A DNA stretch of 64,000 nt from a virus. Taxonomy: Duplodnaviria > Caudoviricetes. This document shows positions 50,468-60,064 of this stretch, in pieces. Every line of letters starts with the position of its first letter. Position 1 is the stretch's first letter. The position numbers and the translations under genes were made by a program. Location: positions 69,580-133,579 of the IMG/VR virus record IMGVR_UViG_3300021387_000994; one strand, written 5' to 3'. Under the pieces are notes generated by a model that was not told where the DNA came from, searched no databases, and saw nothing but the letters and a program-made list of their open reading frames with translations.

Positions 50468-50880
50468 AGTTCTACTTCGACTAATTCTTTTGATGATATT
50501 ATTTCTATAAATCTATTTTTCAAAAACGACCGAAATTCTTTTTTGTCGATGTCGAAATACGAAATGTTGTTTTCGTTTGTTTTACGAGGTTTGTGACTGA
50601 AGATATATTCTCCATTTTCCTCACCTATCAAATTTATTTTGTTTGCAGACAAATATTCTTCAATACTCGAGTACTTCATTGCAACTATTGTATCTACTGC
50701 TTGTTTTTCAATTCTAAATTCAGATGGTTCTTTTTCATCACCATCATCACCTTTAAAATGAGAGATTATTTTTTTATTCAAAGTTCCGTTTGCAACTCTC
50801 TCTTCTCCGTCACTTTTAGTGTATTTGAATGTGACTATACCGTCTTTTAGTAATTCTATAAGTTTTTTAAAATCTTGCAT
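50464..50880 (-). CDS. SH3/WYL_2 (DUF2693)-like protein with internal insertion
   Basis: VTFKYTKSDGEERVANGTL ... YFDIDKKEFRSF. Confidence 0.7.
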   Translation of the reverse strand: MQDFKKLIELLKDGIVTFKYTKSDGEERVANGTLNKKIISHFKGDDGDEKEPSEFRIEKQAVDTIVAMKYSSIEEYLSANKINLIGEENGEYIFSHKPRKTNENNISYFDIDKKEFRSFLKNRFIEIISSKELVEVEL

Positions 50881-50895
50881 AATTCATTTTTTTAA

Positions 50896-50917
50896 AAAGA
50901 TACTATTTTTTATCAAA
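50896..50917 (-). promoter_or_regulatory. 22-nt element TTTGATAAAAAATAGTATCTTT upstream of the 50880 operon
   Basis: Identical to 34631-34652. Confidence 0.65.
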
Positions 50918-50971
50918 TAAAGAAAGAATACACATAAATAAAATAATAAAAGTAATAAAATAAAAAAAGAT

Positions 50972-53242
50972 ATGTATATAAAAAATTTTGAAAGTTATAT
51001 ACTCAATGAGGGTATTGAAGATGCTGGTGCAAATGCAATAAACAAAGCATTTATGAGCAGGCCCCCAATTGATATGGGAAATGGGGAACTCGTAAAACGT
51101 GAAGAAATAGTAAAAACTGTTAGAAATGCTATAGCGTTTTTATCATTCAGCTGGGGTTCTTTTTTTAAATTTGTGAAAAATTTCACTATTGTTTATATAC
51201 TAGATTGTTCCGATTGTCAAACGATGGCAGTTGATGATAAAATGAATATATATATTGATGCAAGATTTATCTGGATAGATTTGAAACACGACCCAAACCT
51301 TGTGGGTGCAGTACTTATGCATGAAATATTCCATGTTGTATATAACCATATAGAAAGAGGTCAAAGATGGCTTGTTTCACAAAATAAACAGTTGACCCCC
51401 GAAACAAACCACGATAATAACCTTGCAGCAGATGTTGAGGTTAATGTATCTTTGGTTAGAAAAGGTATAATTAAAAAAGATACATTAAAGAATGAAATAC
51501 GTGGATTATATTTGGATAAATTAGAGAATAATGTCCCTCCAATGGAAACTATTCTTGAAGATGAAAAATTGATGAATGAACTCAGAAAGATGCATCCGTT
51601 TAAAAATAATACACAAGAGAAAAAGAATAATAAAGAAAAAATCACAACAACAAGTGAATTTGATGATGCTTATGTAGAAATGAAAAATAAGATAACAGAC
51701 CTTGTTAACAAATATGGTCCAGAGAAAGCAATTGAAAAACTTAGGGAAATCGGTGCAGTGGAAGGAATCAATCCTAAACCATCAGAAGATTTTAATCCGG
51801 ATGATGTTTTTGCTCTCAATTTTCTCACGATAAAATCATTTGATGAGTTCATTAACGAATCAAATAGTAATGGGTATTCTACAAAAATGGATGGATACAG
51901 GGCAGCAATAGAAAAAGCAATGCAAGAAATAATGTCTGCAATAAATGATGGTGGTATATCAAATGATGAAAAAAATAATAACAATTCTCCAAGCATTAAA
52001 TCGAATATTGACCAAAGTAAATTGAAACCGATGAATCTTCCAAAAAAAGAAAACTCAAAAGATAATAATTCTAAATCTGATTCTGGTTTTGGTCTTCCAA
52101 GTAATGTAAATCAAGATTCGAGTGATGAACAAGATTCAAAAAATAAAGATTCACAAAAAAGACAAGATGGTCAAGATTCACAAAATGGACAAGGTGGAAA
52201 TAAAGGTGATTCTGGAGACAATGTTTTTTCAAATACGAAAAAAACAGATGGAAATGTTGATATATCATATGGTGAAGAGAAAGACGGTATAGGAAAAACT
52301 GGTACTTTTATTGATTCTGAAAAATCGGATAAATTGAGTGATTCACTTAGAAAGACATATGGTGAAAATTTAGATGAAGTTTTAAAAGAACTTAAAAAGA
52401 ACTCGATAATTAATACAAGAGAAAAAGTGGAAAAAGCTAGAAAAGATTTATATAATTCACTTGGAAGTAATGATGTTATAAAACAAATTTGGGACGAAGC
52501 AAAAAAGAGTGAGAGTAAGTTTAAAGCGATGTGGAAAAAGGTATTGAAAAGATTTTTATCAAGGGCCACTAGAAATGCCGGTAGAGATGTTAAGAATATG
52601 AATGATACTAGATGGTTTGAAAGAAGACATATGACTATAAAAACAATGGCTTCATACCATCCAACTATTGCAAACGATGTTCAGGACATAAATGTCTATA
52701 TCGATGTATCTGGTTCTGTAAAGGATGCCGAATTACTTTTACAACTTTTTGCTCAATCATTGGTTACATTCTTAAAAGAATACAATTACTCTGGAATAAA
52801 TATCATTCCTTGGGCAAGTGAGTCAACTGGAATACATAGAGTGGAATCAATAAAATCTGGAAGTTCAAAGAAAGCTACAGATGAGATATTAAAACACATA
52901 AACGATGGTATTGGTCAATGTGGAGGTGGTACAGATTTAAATGTATGTATTGATGAAATTGTGGAAACAACATTTCAATATAAAAAAAGAAAACAAAAAG
53001 ATGATGTGCATATTATTATATCCGACGGACAGACCTTTGGAGAAGAGAATGGTGTTGAAAATAAAATTATGAAAAAGGTAATGAAAGAGGATGGTAATAC
53101 AGTATCATCAGAAAAATTAGCAGAAAAAGTTGTTAAAAATTGTATCTGGATGATTTATGACAATGATTCAACTTCTTGGGATAATGCTATACAAAATGGT
53201 GAACTAGTGAAGATTTCTAGTAAAAATGTTATACCAGATTAA
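50972..53242 (+). CDS. DUF2201-type HEXXH metallopeptidase-like domain plus vWA domain protein
   Basis: TMAVD, VLMHEIFHVVYNH and NLAADVEVN. MIDAS motif IDVSGS, GGGTD and ISDG. Confidence 0.85.
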   Translation: MYIKNFESYILNEGIEDAGANAINKAFMSRPPIDMGNGELVKREEIVKTVRNAIAFLSFSWGSFFKFVKNFTIVYILDCSDCQTMAVDDKMNIYIDARFIWIDLKHDPNLVGAVLMHEIFHVVYNHIERGQRWLVSQNKQLTPETNHDNNLAADVEVNVSLVRKGIIKKDTLKNEIRGLYLDKLENNVPPMETILEDEKLMNELRKMHPFKNNTQEKKNNKEKITTTSEFDDAYVEMKNKITDLVNKYGPEKAIEKLREIGAVEGINPKPSEDFNPDDVFALNFLTIKSFDEFINESNSNGYSTKMDGYRAAIEKAMQEIMSAINDGGISNDEKNNNNSPSIKSNIDQSKLKPMNLPKKENSKDNNSKSDSGFGLPSNVNQDSSDEQDSKNKDSQKRQDGQDSQNGQGGNKGDSGDNVFSNTKKTDGNVDISYGEEKDGIGKTGTFIDSEKSDKLSDSLRKTYGENLDEVLKELKKNSIINTREKVEKARKDLYNSLGSNDVIKQIWDEAKKSESKFKAMWKKVLKRFLSRATRNAGRDVKNMNDTRWFERRHMTIKTMASYHPTIANDVQDINVYIDVSGSVKDAELLLQLFAQSLVTFLKEYNYSGINIIPWASESTGIHRVESIKSGSSKKATDEILKHINDGIGQCGGGTDLNVCIDEIVETTFQYKKRKQKDDVHIIISDGQTFGEENGVENKIMKKVMKEDGNTVSSEKLAEKVVKNCIWMIYDNDSTSWDNAIQNGELVKISSKNVIPD

Positions 53243-53273
53243 AAACATAAATAATATATAATAAAAATATAAT

Positions 53274-55547
53274 ATGAATAAATTAAATAATTTATTAACA
53301 CGAGAAGAATATATTAAAAGTGTCAATGAAGGAAAAATAGGTAACTTTTTGAGAAAAGGTGTTAACAAAATTAAAGAGATTTTTTCTTTATTTGCAAAGA
53401 AAATTAAAAATTTAATTGTTTTGTTTGATACAAACGGAAATATTCTTCCAGTTATGACACCACAAGCAATTGGAGACCATTTTGCAAGTGGAAATGGTGA
53501 TATAGAATTTTGTGGTACGGTAGATATGAATAAAGAAATACAAGCACTTGGTGGTAAAGGTTGTGAAACTAAACCGAAGCCTGTGGTAGAAAAAGATGAC
53601 GATTCTCCTAATGGTGTATTTGCTTATTATGATTGGACTGAAAAGGATTATCCAAACTCGACTCTTTATAGAAATCTACAATCTCTTCGACAAAAACTTG
53701 AAGAATCGAGAAGCACATTTTTGTCAAAAGAAGATTTGTTGAATGAGAGAATGGACACAAAAGATAGAGCACCATATTTGAGAAAAAATATTGAGGGCAT
53801 GAAGAATAAGGTAACATCAATGAATGTAGAGAAATTTAAAAAAGCACTCAATGAAAGAATTAAAAAATATTGTTCAGATGAACAATATGAAGATGATGAT
53901 GATGAATTTTTCAAAAATGCTGGTGATACTAGACCAAACAACTTTATTGTTTTTGGTGCTCCAGGTATAGGTAAATCAACAATTCCACTGTCTGTTGTCG
54001 AAGAATATAATGAGGGTAAATCAACCAAAGATAGAATTTCTTTGATTAAAGTCAACTGTGCAAACGTAAAACCTGGTGACCTTCTTATGCCTAACTTCCC
54101 AACACCAAAAGATATTTTGGATTATCTCGACACAAATGAAACTGAGTTTGAAAATTTATCTTTTTTGGATAAATATAGTGAAGAGGAAAAAAAAGAATTG
54201 AAAAAGAAACTTGAAAAATCCGGTCAATTCACTGCAAGTAATGCTCCAGCACCTTGGGTGCCTTGTTATAAATACACAAATGATGAAAGATTGAATGACA
54301 TATTGGATGAAGCCGCCAATGGTGGAAGATTGTCCACAGGAAAGAAAATTTGGAGAATAAATAGTGTTAACGGAAAAAGAAAAAAAGTTGATGAGATATA
54401 TCAAACCGGTTCTGGTGGTATAATTCTTCTTGATGAGTACCTTAGAGCACCAAAAGAAGTCTTCGATGAATTACTTAACTTTCTATTGGATAGAGAGGTT
54501 TCTGGTTGGAGACTTGGTTCAAAATGGTTTATTGTAGCTTGTTCAAATAGACCTGTAGATGATGGTATAGTTGATGAAGTGTGGGGTTCATGGTATGGTG
54601 CTCAACAAGACCGTTTTGCTGAATTTTGGCATCTTGACCCAAACCCAGAACAGTGGAAAAATTGGGCTCTTAAAAAAGGTTTTGATGAAACACTTTTAAG
54701 ATTCATCTTTGAAGAATCATCAAAAACTTCCGATGGTGAATACCCTAGATGGCATAGTGTTATTCAAGGAACGGCAGCAAAAGATGATGATAATAAACAA
54801 ATAACACCACGTAACTGGATGGCAATCCATAATAAATTTGTTGAATTTTGGAAAGAACATAGACATGAAGAAAGATTTAAAGACGGATACTCTATTTCAA
54901 ATATGGATTTTGATGAAATAGAAGAACTTCTCGAAGGTGTAACTGACGAATCGTTCAGGTCTGAGATAATCAACTGGCTTAAAGACCATTGTGGTGCATT
55001 GAGTCTTGATAAAATTTTGGAAGACCCAATAAACACAATCATGCCTATAAGCAGTAGAACCAATGAGGCAACAATTTTGACAACTCTCACCGATGACATT
55101 AAATTCAGACACAGTAAGAAAGCTTTCACAGATGAAGAATTTTCAAACGTGATGATTTGGCTTGGAAAGAACTATGCTAAACACTTCAATATTGTTGCAA
55201 CTAGTTTTGCAAACCACTTCAAATATATGTTTGATGGAAAGATTGGTTTCTGGGATTTCCATAAATCAGGACTTCTCTTTATGGCTGCTTTCCCAGAACC
55301 AGACTATATGGAAGTTGTTAATTATCCTGGTCTTAAAGAAGCACTTTCTGACGAGAATCATGCAAAAGGATACACTGATTTCTTTATCGACAAGAATGAT
55401 GAAAATTCCTTACTAGATACTGTGAAGGATTTTGCAAAACAATACTTCCCATGGAATATCAAGAATGATGAACTTCTTTCAATCTATGAGGTTGGTATAT
55501 TACCAGATGATGAAGATAAATCCAAAGAAAAAGAAGAGACTGAATAG
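53274..55547 (+). CDS. MoxR-related AAA+ ATPase
   Basis: Walker A GAPGIGKS, Walker B ILLDE, sensor ACSNR, QDRF and TPRNW. Confidence 0.88.
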   Translation: MNKLNNLLTREEYIKSVNEGKIGNFLRKGVNKIKEIFSLFAKKIKNLIVLFDTNGNILPVMTPQAIGDHFASGNGDIEFCGTVDMNKEIQALGGKGCETKPKPVVEKDDDSPNGVFAYYDWTEKDYPNSTLYRNLQSLRQKLEESRSTFLSKEDLLNERMDTKDRAPYLRKNIEGMKNKVTSMNVEKFKKALNERIKKYCSDEQYEDDDDEFFKNAGDTRPNNFIVFGAPGIGKSTIPLSVVEEYNEGKSTKDRISLIKVNCANVKPGDLLMPNFPTPKDILDYLDTNETEFENLSFLDKYSEEEKKELKKKLEKSGQFTASNAPAPWVPCYKYTNDERLNDILDEAANGGRLSTGKKIWRINSVNGKRKKVDEIYQTGSGGIILLDEYLRAPKEVFDELLNFLLDREVSGWRLGSKWFIVACSNRPVDDGIVDEVWGSWYGAQQDRFAEFWHLDPNPEQWKNWALKKGFDETLLRFIFEESSKTSDGEYPRWHSVIQGTAAKDDDNKQITPRNWMAIHNKFVEFWKEHRHEERFKDGYSISNMDFDEIEELLEGVTDESFRSEIINWLKDHCGALSLDKILEDPINTIMPISSRTNEATILTTLTDDIKFRHSKKAFTDEEFSNVMIWLGKNYAKHFNIVATSFANHFKYMFDGKIGFWDFHKSGLLFMAAFPEPDYMEVVNYPGLKEALSDENHAKGYTDFFIDKNDENSLLDTVKDFAKQYFPWNIKNDELLSIYEVGILPDDEDKSKEKEETE

Positions 55548-55560
55548 TAATATAAAAATC

Positions 55561-55597
55561 AAAAAAAGGAGATGATTAAAATCATCTCCTTTTTTTT
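55561..55597. terminator. Bidirectional terminator
   Basis: AAAAAAGGAGATGATT-loop-AATCATCTCCTTTTTT. Confidence 0.9.
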
Positions 55598-56717
55598 ATA
55601 TCATAACTATATCAAGTTCATCATTAGAAAAACACTCATCAATCAATTCTTGGTTCAATAATCCATTTTTTTGTAAATCGTTAAGGTCTTTCACCTTTCC
55701 TTTAATATTTGCTCTCTTTATATACAATTCCCACAAAAACACACTCTTGTGTTTTTTTAATTTTTTTATACTCTCTTCTTTTCCGGCAATATCCTTATCG
55801 AACAAATACCTTACGTTTTCTGTATCATCAAAGAAATCGTTCATTTTCTTTGCACCTTGTAGGGCGACACAGTTATCTATTGCAAGACTGTCAATCGGAC
55901 CCTCTACAACAGTTATGGTCTGATTCATATTGATGTTCATAATGTTGAATATACCAGAAATTTTTTCAATGTTGGCGACAACATTCTCAATACCATCCTC
56001 TTCTTCTATATATTTGTTTCCTAATTCCTTTCGGTTGAACAATTTTTCTATTATGTTCGCTGATGTCACACCGAATACATCTTTATACATCCACGTCACG
56101 TTCCTTGTAAGGTATCTTGGCTTGGTAGAACCGTTATCCAACTGTCTTATTTGATAACCTATAATACGGTCATTCGGTGTTATATTAAGAATATATAACT
56201 CTTCAGACTCCGGTTTGTAAGCGAAGTATTTCCATTTTGTTATATCAATCTTTCGATTTTGAAGATATTGCTTACATTCCTCATTCTTATATGGAGATAC
56301 GAGTTGTAATTTCGAAAAGAAAATCTTTTTCGGAATGGCAAGTTCCTCAACAACGGAATATACGAGAGAAGATTGTGTTGTGGAATGTCTTCGTTCAAAA
56401 TGTTTTGCATTTTGTTGAATCTCTCTGACTGCCAAAGTCTCATCCATAGAAAGTGATTCGTTGAAGTCAGAAAGAAATTTTCTTACACCGACATGTTCAC
56501 CACAGTTAAAACAATGAAAATGAAGTCCGTTCAAATATAAGTTACCACGTTTTTTTCTTACGTTAGTCCTTGAATCTGAACAATATGGGCAAGAGAAGTT
56601 AAATCTGTCATGAAATACATCTATCTTTCTTTTTATGTAACTATCACCCGAAAATTTTTTATCAAGTATTTTTTGTATCTTGCTCTTTATGCTATTGAGT
56701 AACTCATCGTTATTCAT
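55596..56717 (-). CDS. DNA primase, T4 gp61-like
   Basis: Zn finger CPYC...HCFNC, TOPRIM VEGPIDSL, FDKD and KDLND. Confidence 0.9.
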   Translation of the reverse strand: MNNDELLNSIKSKIQKILDKKFSGDSYIKRKIDVFHDRFNFSCPYCSDSRTNVRKKRGNLYLNGLHFHCFNCGEHVGVRKFLSDFNESLSMDETLAVREIQQNAKHFERRHSTTQSSLVYSVVEELAIPKKIFFSKLQLVSPYKNEECKQYLQNRKIDITKWKYFAYKPESEELYILNITPNDRIIGYQIRQLDNGSTKPRYLTRNVTWMYKDVFGVTSANIIEKLFNRKELGNKYIEEEDGIENVVANIEKISGIFNIMNINMNQTITVVEGPIDSLAIDNCVALQGAKKMNDFFDDTENVRYLFDKDIAGKEESIKKLKKHKSVFLWELYIKRANIKGKVKDLNDLQKNGLLNQELIDECFSNDELDIVMI

Positions 56718-56950
56718 ATGCTATCACTAATGTCTTGCACACTGAAACTACCATATTTTTTGTGTAATTCATCCATAAATAATTCTTCTTCTTTCTTTAT
56801 CTCTTTGAGTCTCGTCTGTGCATCTTCAGTTTTTATCTTTATTTCTTCTGCTTGTTTCTTTAAAGATTCAACCTCAACATTTATAGAATGATATCTATCT
56901 ATAAATAGATTAATTTCAAATATTTCTTCTTTTGTAAAGTTAATCTTCAT
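56714..56950 (-). CDS. Small coiled-coil protein
   Basis: 78 aa, coupled between groES and the primase gene. Confidence 0.6.
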   Translation of the reverse strand: MKINFTKEEIFEINLFIDRYHSINVEVESLKKQAEEIKIKTEDAQTRLKEIKKEEELFMDELHKKYGSFSVQDISDSI

Positions 56951-57220
56951 CTATTCTTCAATTTTTGCAAATATAAACGATTCTTTAATACACTCATAAA
57001 TAACACCGTTTAGTTTTACTGGTGTTGACCTGCCTATCGGTTTGATAATAATGTCACCTGGTTTCAATTTACTGTTTTCTCCAACTTTCAATACTCTTGA
57101 AAACCGATTGTACTTATCATCTGGGATATAAATCCCAGATGTCGTTTGTTCATTTACAACATCTTTGATGATGATGTAGTCGTTTTTTAACTCTATTGGT
57201 ATTTCTAATTCTTTCTCCAT
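56951..57220 (-). CDS. groES: GroES-like co-chaperonin
   Basis: NDYIII, TTSGIYIP mobile loop, VLKVG, LKPGD and IFAKI. Confidence 0.85.
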   Translation of the reverse strand: MEKELEIPIELKNDYIIIKDVVNEQTTSGIYIPDDKYNRFSRVLKVGENSKLKPGDIIIKPIGRSTPVKLNGVIYECIKESFIFAKIEE

Positions 57221-57229
57221 ATTCTTTTT

Positions 57230-57571
57230 TTATTTCAAATCATCAAACACACCTATCCAACCACATTTGTTACAAGATGATTTGTTTTTGTCTTTATAAG
57301 TAAAATTTTCAATTTTCTCTCTTAAATTTTCACCCTTTATTTCACGAATATATCCGGCACAAGTTGATGTGATGTTGTTTGAACCACAATTTGGGCAATG
57401 TTTATGTGTCCTATAATAGATGTCATACATAAGGTCTGAATAAATCTCTGCAATTTCATCATCACTTAATTTTTTCAATATCTCCTTTGTTTTGGCATCA
57501 ACCATAACAGGAATGTATGGTGTATATATAACACCATTTGTACAATTTGTAATTTCTTTATCTTTTTCCAT
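57230..57571 (-). CDS. Zn-ribbon protein (113 aa)
   Basis: CPNC...CNKC. The ATG at 57571 follows a promoter motif, so the longer 57742 call is unlikely. Confidence 0.6.
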   Translation of the reverse strand: MEKDKEITNCTNGVIYTPYIPVMVDAKTKEILKKLSDDEIAEIYSDLMYDIYYRTHKHCPNCGSNNITSTCAGYIREIKGENLREKIENFTYKDKNKSSCNKCGWIGVFDDLK

Positions 57572-57634
57572 ACAATAAAAATAACAAAAAATAAACAACA
57601 TAAATATAGTAATAAAAATAAATGAAATTACAAT

Positions 57635-58507
57635 ATGGCTATTACTAAGAAAAGTGATGTAAAATTCAAATATGTGAATGTTATTCCAAGCACAGTAACT
57701 GCCGGAACTTTCTATTGGAAGTATGAAAATGGTGTCAACCAATTATATTTTGCACCCACTGAAAATGAAAGTGACCTACTACGACTTGATAATATTATAT
57801 CTGGTGAAAGTGGTTCAATTATTGTTAGTGATAATATTGCACTTGTTTCTATATATGATGCACCATCATCTGACACAATTATAATTGGTAATACCGTGAC
57901 AGCATGGAGTGACAGTGATTGGGAAAGTTATATAAGTGAAATAACAAATGAAGCTTTATATGGAAGTATTTCAAACAGACCATTTTCCGTTGGTAATGTT
58001 GTGATTTGTGGTCCAAGGGAATTTATTTGTAAACTATCTTCACCGGTTTATGGAACAATTACTGTTGATGGTGTTACTTATTATAAATCACGTGTAACTG
58101 GAGAACCTTGTATTGTTGATGGTGAATTGATTGAATCGAGTTCATCAATAATTCCTCCTGACGTTGAGGTTTTAAGATATAACCATCTTGTATGGGAATG
58201 TTTTGGTGAAAACCTTTCAAGAGACCTTGCTGAAAAAATTGCAGATTTCAATATGGAAATCAATGGAAGTATGACAATAAGAGTTGATGGAAACGATTCT
58301 GATGGAATTTACACACTTTCTGTTGTTTTGAAAGAAAATAATCCACTTTCGGTTACCACCAAACAGGGGTTGAAAGTAGTTGAAATAAGTAATGAAAACA
58401 ATGATGACCCAACTGGAAAAGAAACTCTAATGTCTGCAAAACAGATTAAAGATACGTTGAACGATATTATCGAAGACAATCAATTGTGTTGGATTGAAGA
58501 AGTATAA
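57635..58507 (+). CDS. Late virion-type protein, hypothetical
   Basis: 290 aa, beta-rich, with its own CATAAATA at 57599 and a terminator. Confidence 0.6.
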   Translation: MAITKKSDVKFKYVNVIPSTVTAGTFYWKYENGVNQLYFAPTENESDLLRLDNIISGESGSIIVSDNIALVSIYDAPSSDTIIIGNTVTAWSDSDWESYISEITNEALYGSISNRPFSVGNVVICGPREFICKLSSPVYGTITVDGVTYYKSRVTGEPCIVDGELIESSSSIIPPDVEVLRYNHLVWECFGENLSRDLAEKIADFNMEINGSMTIRVDGNDSDGIYTLSVVLKENNPLSVTTKQGLKVVEISNENNDDPTGKETLMSAKQIKDTLNDIIEDNQLCWIEEV

Positions 58508-58530
58508 AATAATTGAACTCAATAAGTATT

Positions 58531-58563
58531 AAAAAAAGAGAGAAGTTATTTCTCTCTTTTTTT
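58531..58563. terminator. Bidirectional terminator
   Basis: AAAAAAAGAGAGAA-loop-TTCTCTCTTTTTTT. Confidence 0.85.
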
Positions 58564-58567
58564 AATT

Positions 58568-60064
58568 CTAAAATTTCAGTCCCTTTATCTCAAAAGGAAA
58601 TCCTGCCATATCATATAGTTTCAATCTTTCACGAGCATGGTTCATCTCATAACATCCTTTATATAGATTGTCACACATATCATAGATATTTACAAAATCT
58701 TTTCCAATCGAGTCATTTTTTCTCAATCCACGACCAATACTTTGTAATACTGTACTCATCGATTTGTAACTACTCACAAAAAATATATTGAAAATATTAT
58801 CTATGGATATACCAGTCGAACTTGTACCAAAGGATGCAACAAGGACAACATCGTTCTTTTTTTCCATCCGGTCTCTTATTTCAGCCCTTACTTTCTTATC
58901 AATATCACCGTCTATATAATATACCATTTTTACGGTGTTCTCTTTCAGCCACTTAAACATTTTCTTACCATAGTCTTTGTTTTTGAATAGAACCATTGTG
59001 TTCTTGTTGGTGGCAGATACAAGTTTCATAATCACATTGAATCTTTTTTCTGATTCGTTTACAAAATCGTTTTCAAGATTAAACATCTTAGCACCGTTTC
59101 CTGATTGAACACATTGTTTTTTGGCATTTTTAAATGCTTCCTTTTGTTGGTCTGTCGTATAGTCGAGTCTTATTTGGTGTATCTTGCATTTTGAGATGTA
59201 ACCCTCGTCTTGAAGTTTTGCCGCCGAAATATCGACCACAACTGGTCCGAAGTTCTTTATGAGTGTGAGTCCGTCTGCATATTTGGTTGTAGGTATGGTA
59301 CCAGATAGCCCGAACCGATAAGGACACTTCAGCATCTCTGCAATCTTGATTTGTGAAGCACTGGTTGCCGTGTGACACTCATCCGTCAAAACACATCCGA
59401 ACTGACTGAAATATTCAGGACATTCCTCCCTCAGTGATTGATATGTTCCGATGAAAATGTTTGCATCCGGAGTAATTTTGCAACCCGAATAAATCTGCTG
59501 TATTTTTATGTCAAATTTACCGTTATTGTACTCATTGAAGTCTCCTGTGGGTTGGAGTACCAAATCCACCTTTGGAACGACCATACAGACCTTATTTACA
59601 CATTTCTTGTAATAGAGCAGATACATGAAAACCATAAACGCTATAAATGTCTTACCACCACCAGTGGCGATTTGTATCATACACTTACGGTTTCTCAACA
59701 TGTTATATGCAGCGTCTATTTGATAATATCTTGGTTTCTTTGCACTGTTTTCAAACAAGTCATCCATACACGATTTGAAGTCATCATAATCCAAATCTAA
59801 GTCGAACATAGAACCAAGTCCGTCTATCTCACATGGAAAACCATATTTTTCACAAATCTCCATAAGATATTTGTATGAGGTCGCCGGAAGATATTTACCA
59901 ACCATAAAGTTAATCTTACCATCCCATACACCACTTTTGAATTTAGGATTGAATCTATAATTCTTAACTTCTTTATTATATGAAAGTTTCAATTGTTCAT
60001 ACTCTTGACTTGTACATGAATCTATAACCAAATACTGACAGTCTTCACTTACATGTAGTTTCAT
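58568..60064 (-). CDS. uvsW: UvsW-like SF2 helicase
   Basis: PRYYQ, ATGGGKT, DECH, GLSGT, STGISI and QSIGRGLR. Confidence 0.92.
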   Translation of the reverse strand: MKLHVSEDCQYLVIDSCTSQEYEQLKLSYNKEVKNYRFNPKFKSGVWDGKINFMVGKYLPATSYKYLMEICEKYGFPCEIDGLGSMFDLDLDYDDFKSCMDDLFENSAKKPRYYQIDAAYNMLRNRKCMIQIATGGGKTFIAFMVFMYLLYYKKCVNKVCMVVPKVDLVLQPTGDFNEYNNGKFDIKIQQIYSGCKITPDANIFIGTYQSLREECPEYFSQFGCVLTDECHTATSASQIKIAEMLKCPYRFGLSGTIPTTKYADGLTLIKNFGPVVVDISAAKLQDEGYISKCKIHQIRLDYTTDQQKEAFKNAKKQCVQSGNGAKMFNLENDFVNESEKRFNVIMKLVSATNKNTMVLFKNKDYGKKMFKWLKENTVKMVYYIDGDIDKKVRAEIRDRMEKKNDVVLVASFGTSSTGISIDNIFNIFFVSSYKSMSTVLQSIGRGLRKNDSIGKDFVNIYDMCDNLYKGCYEMNHARERLKLYDMAGFPFEIKGLKF

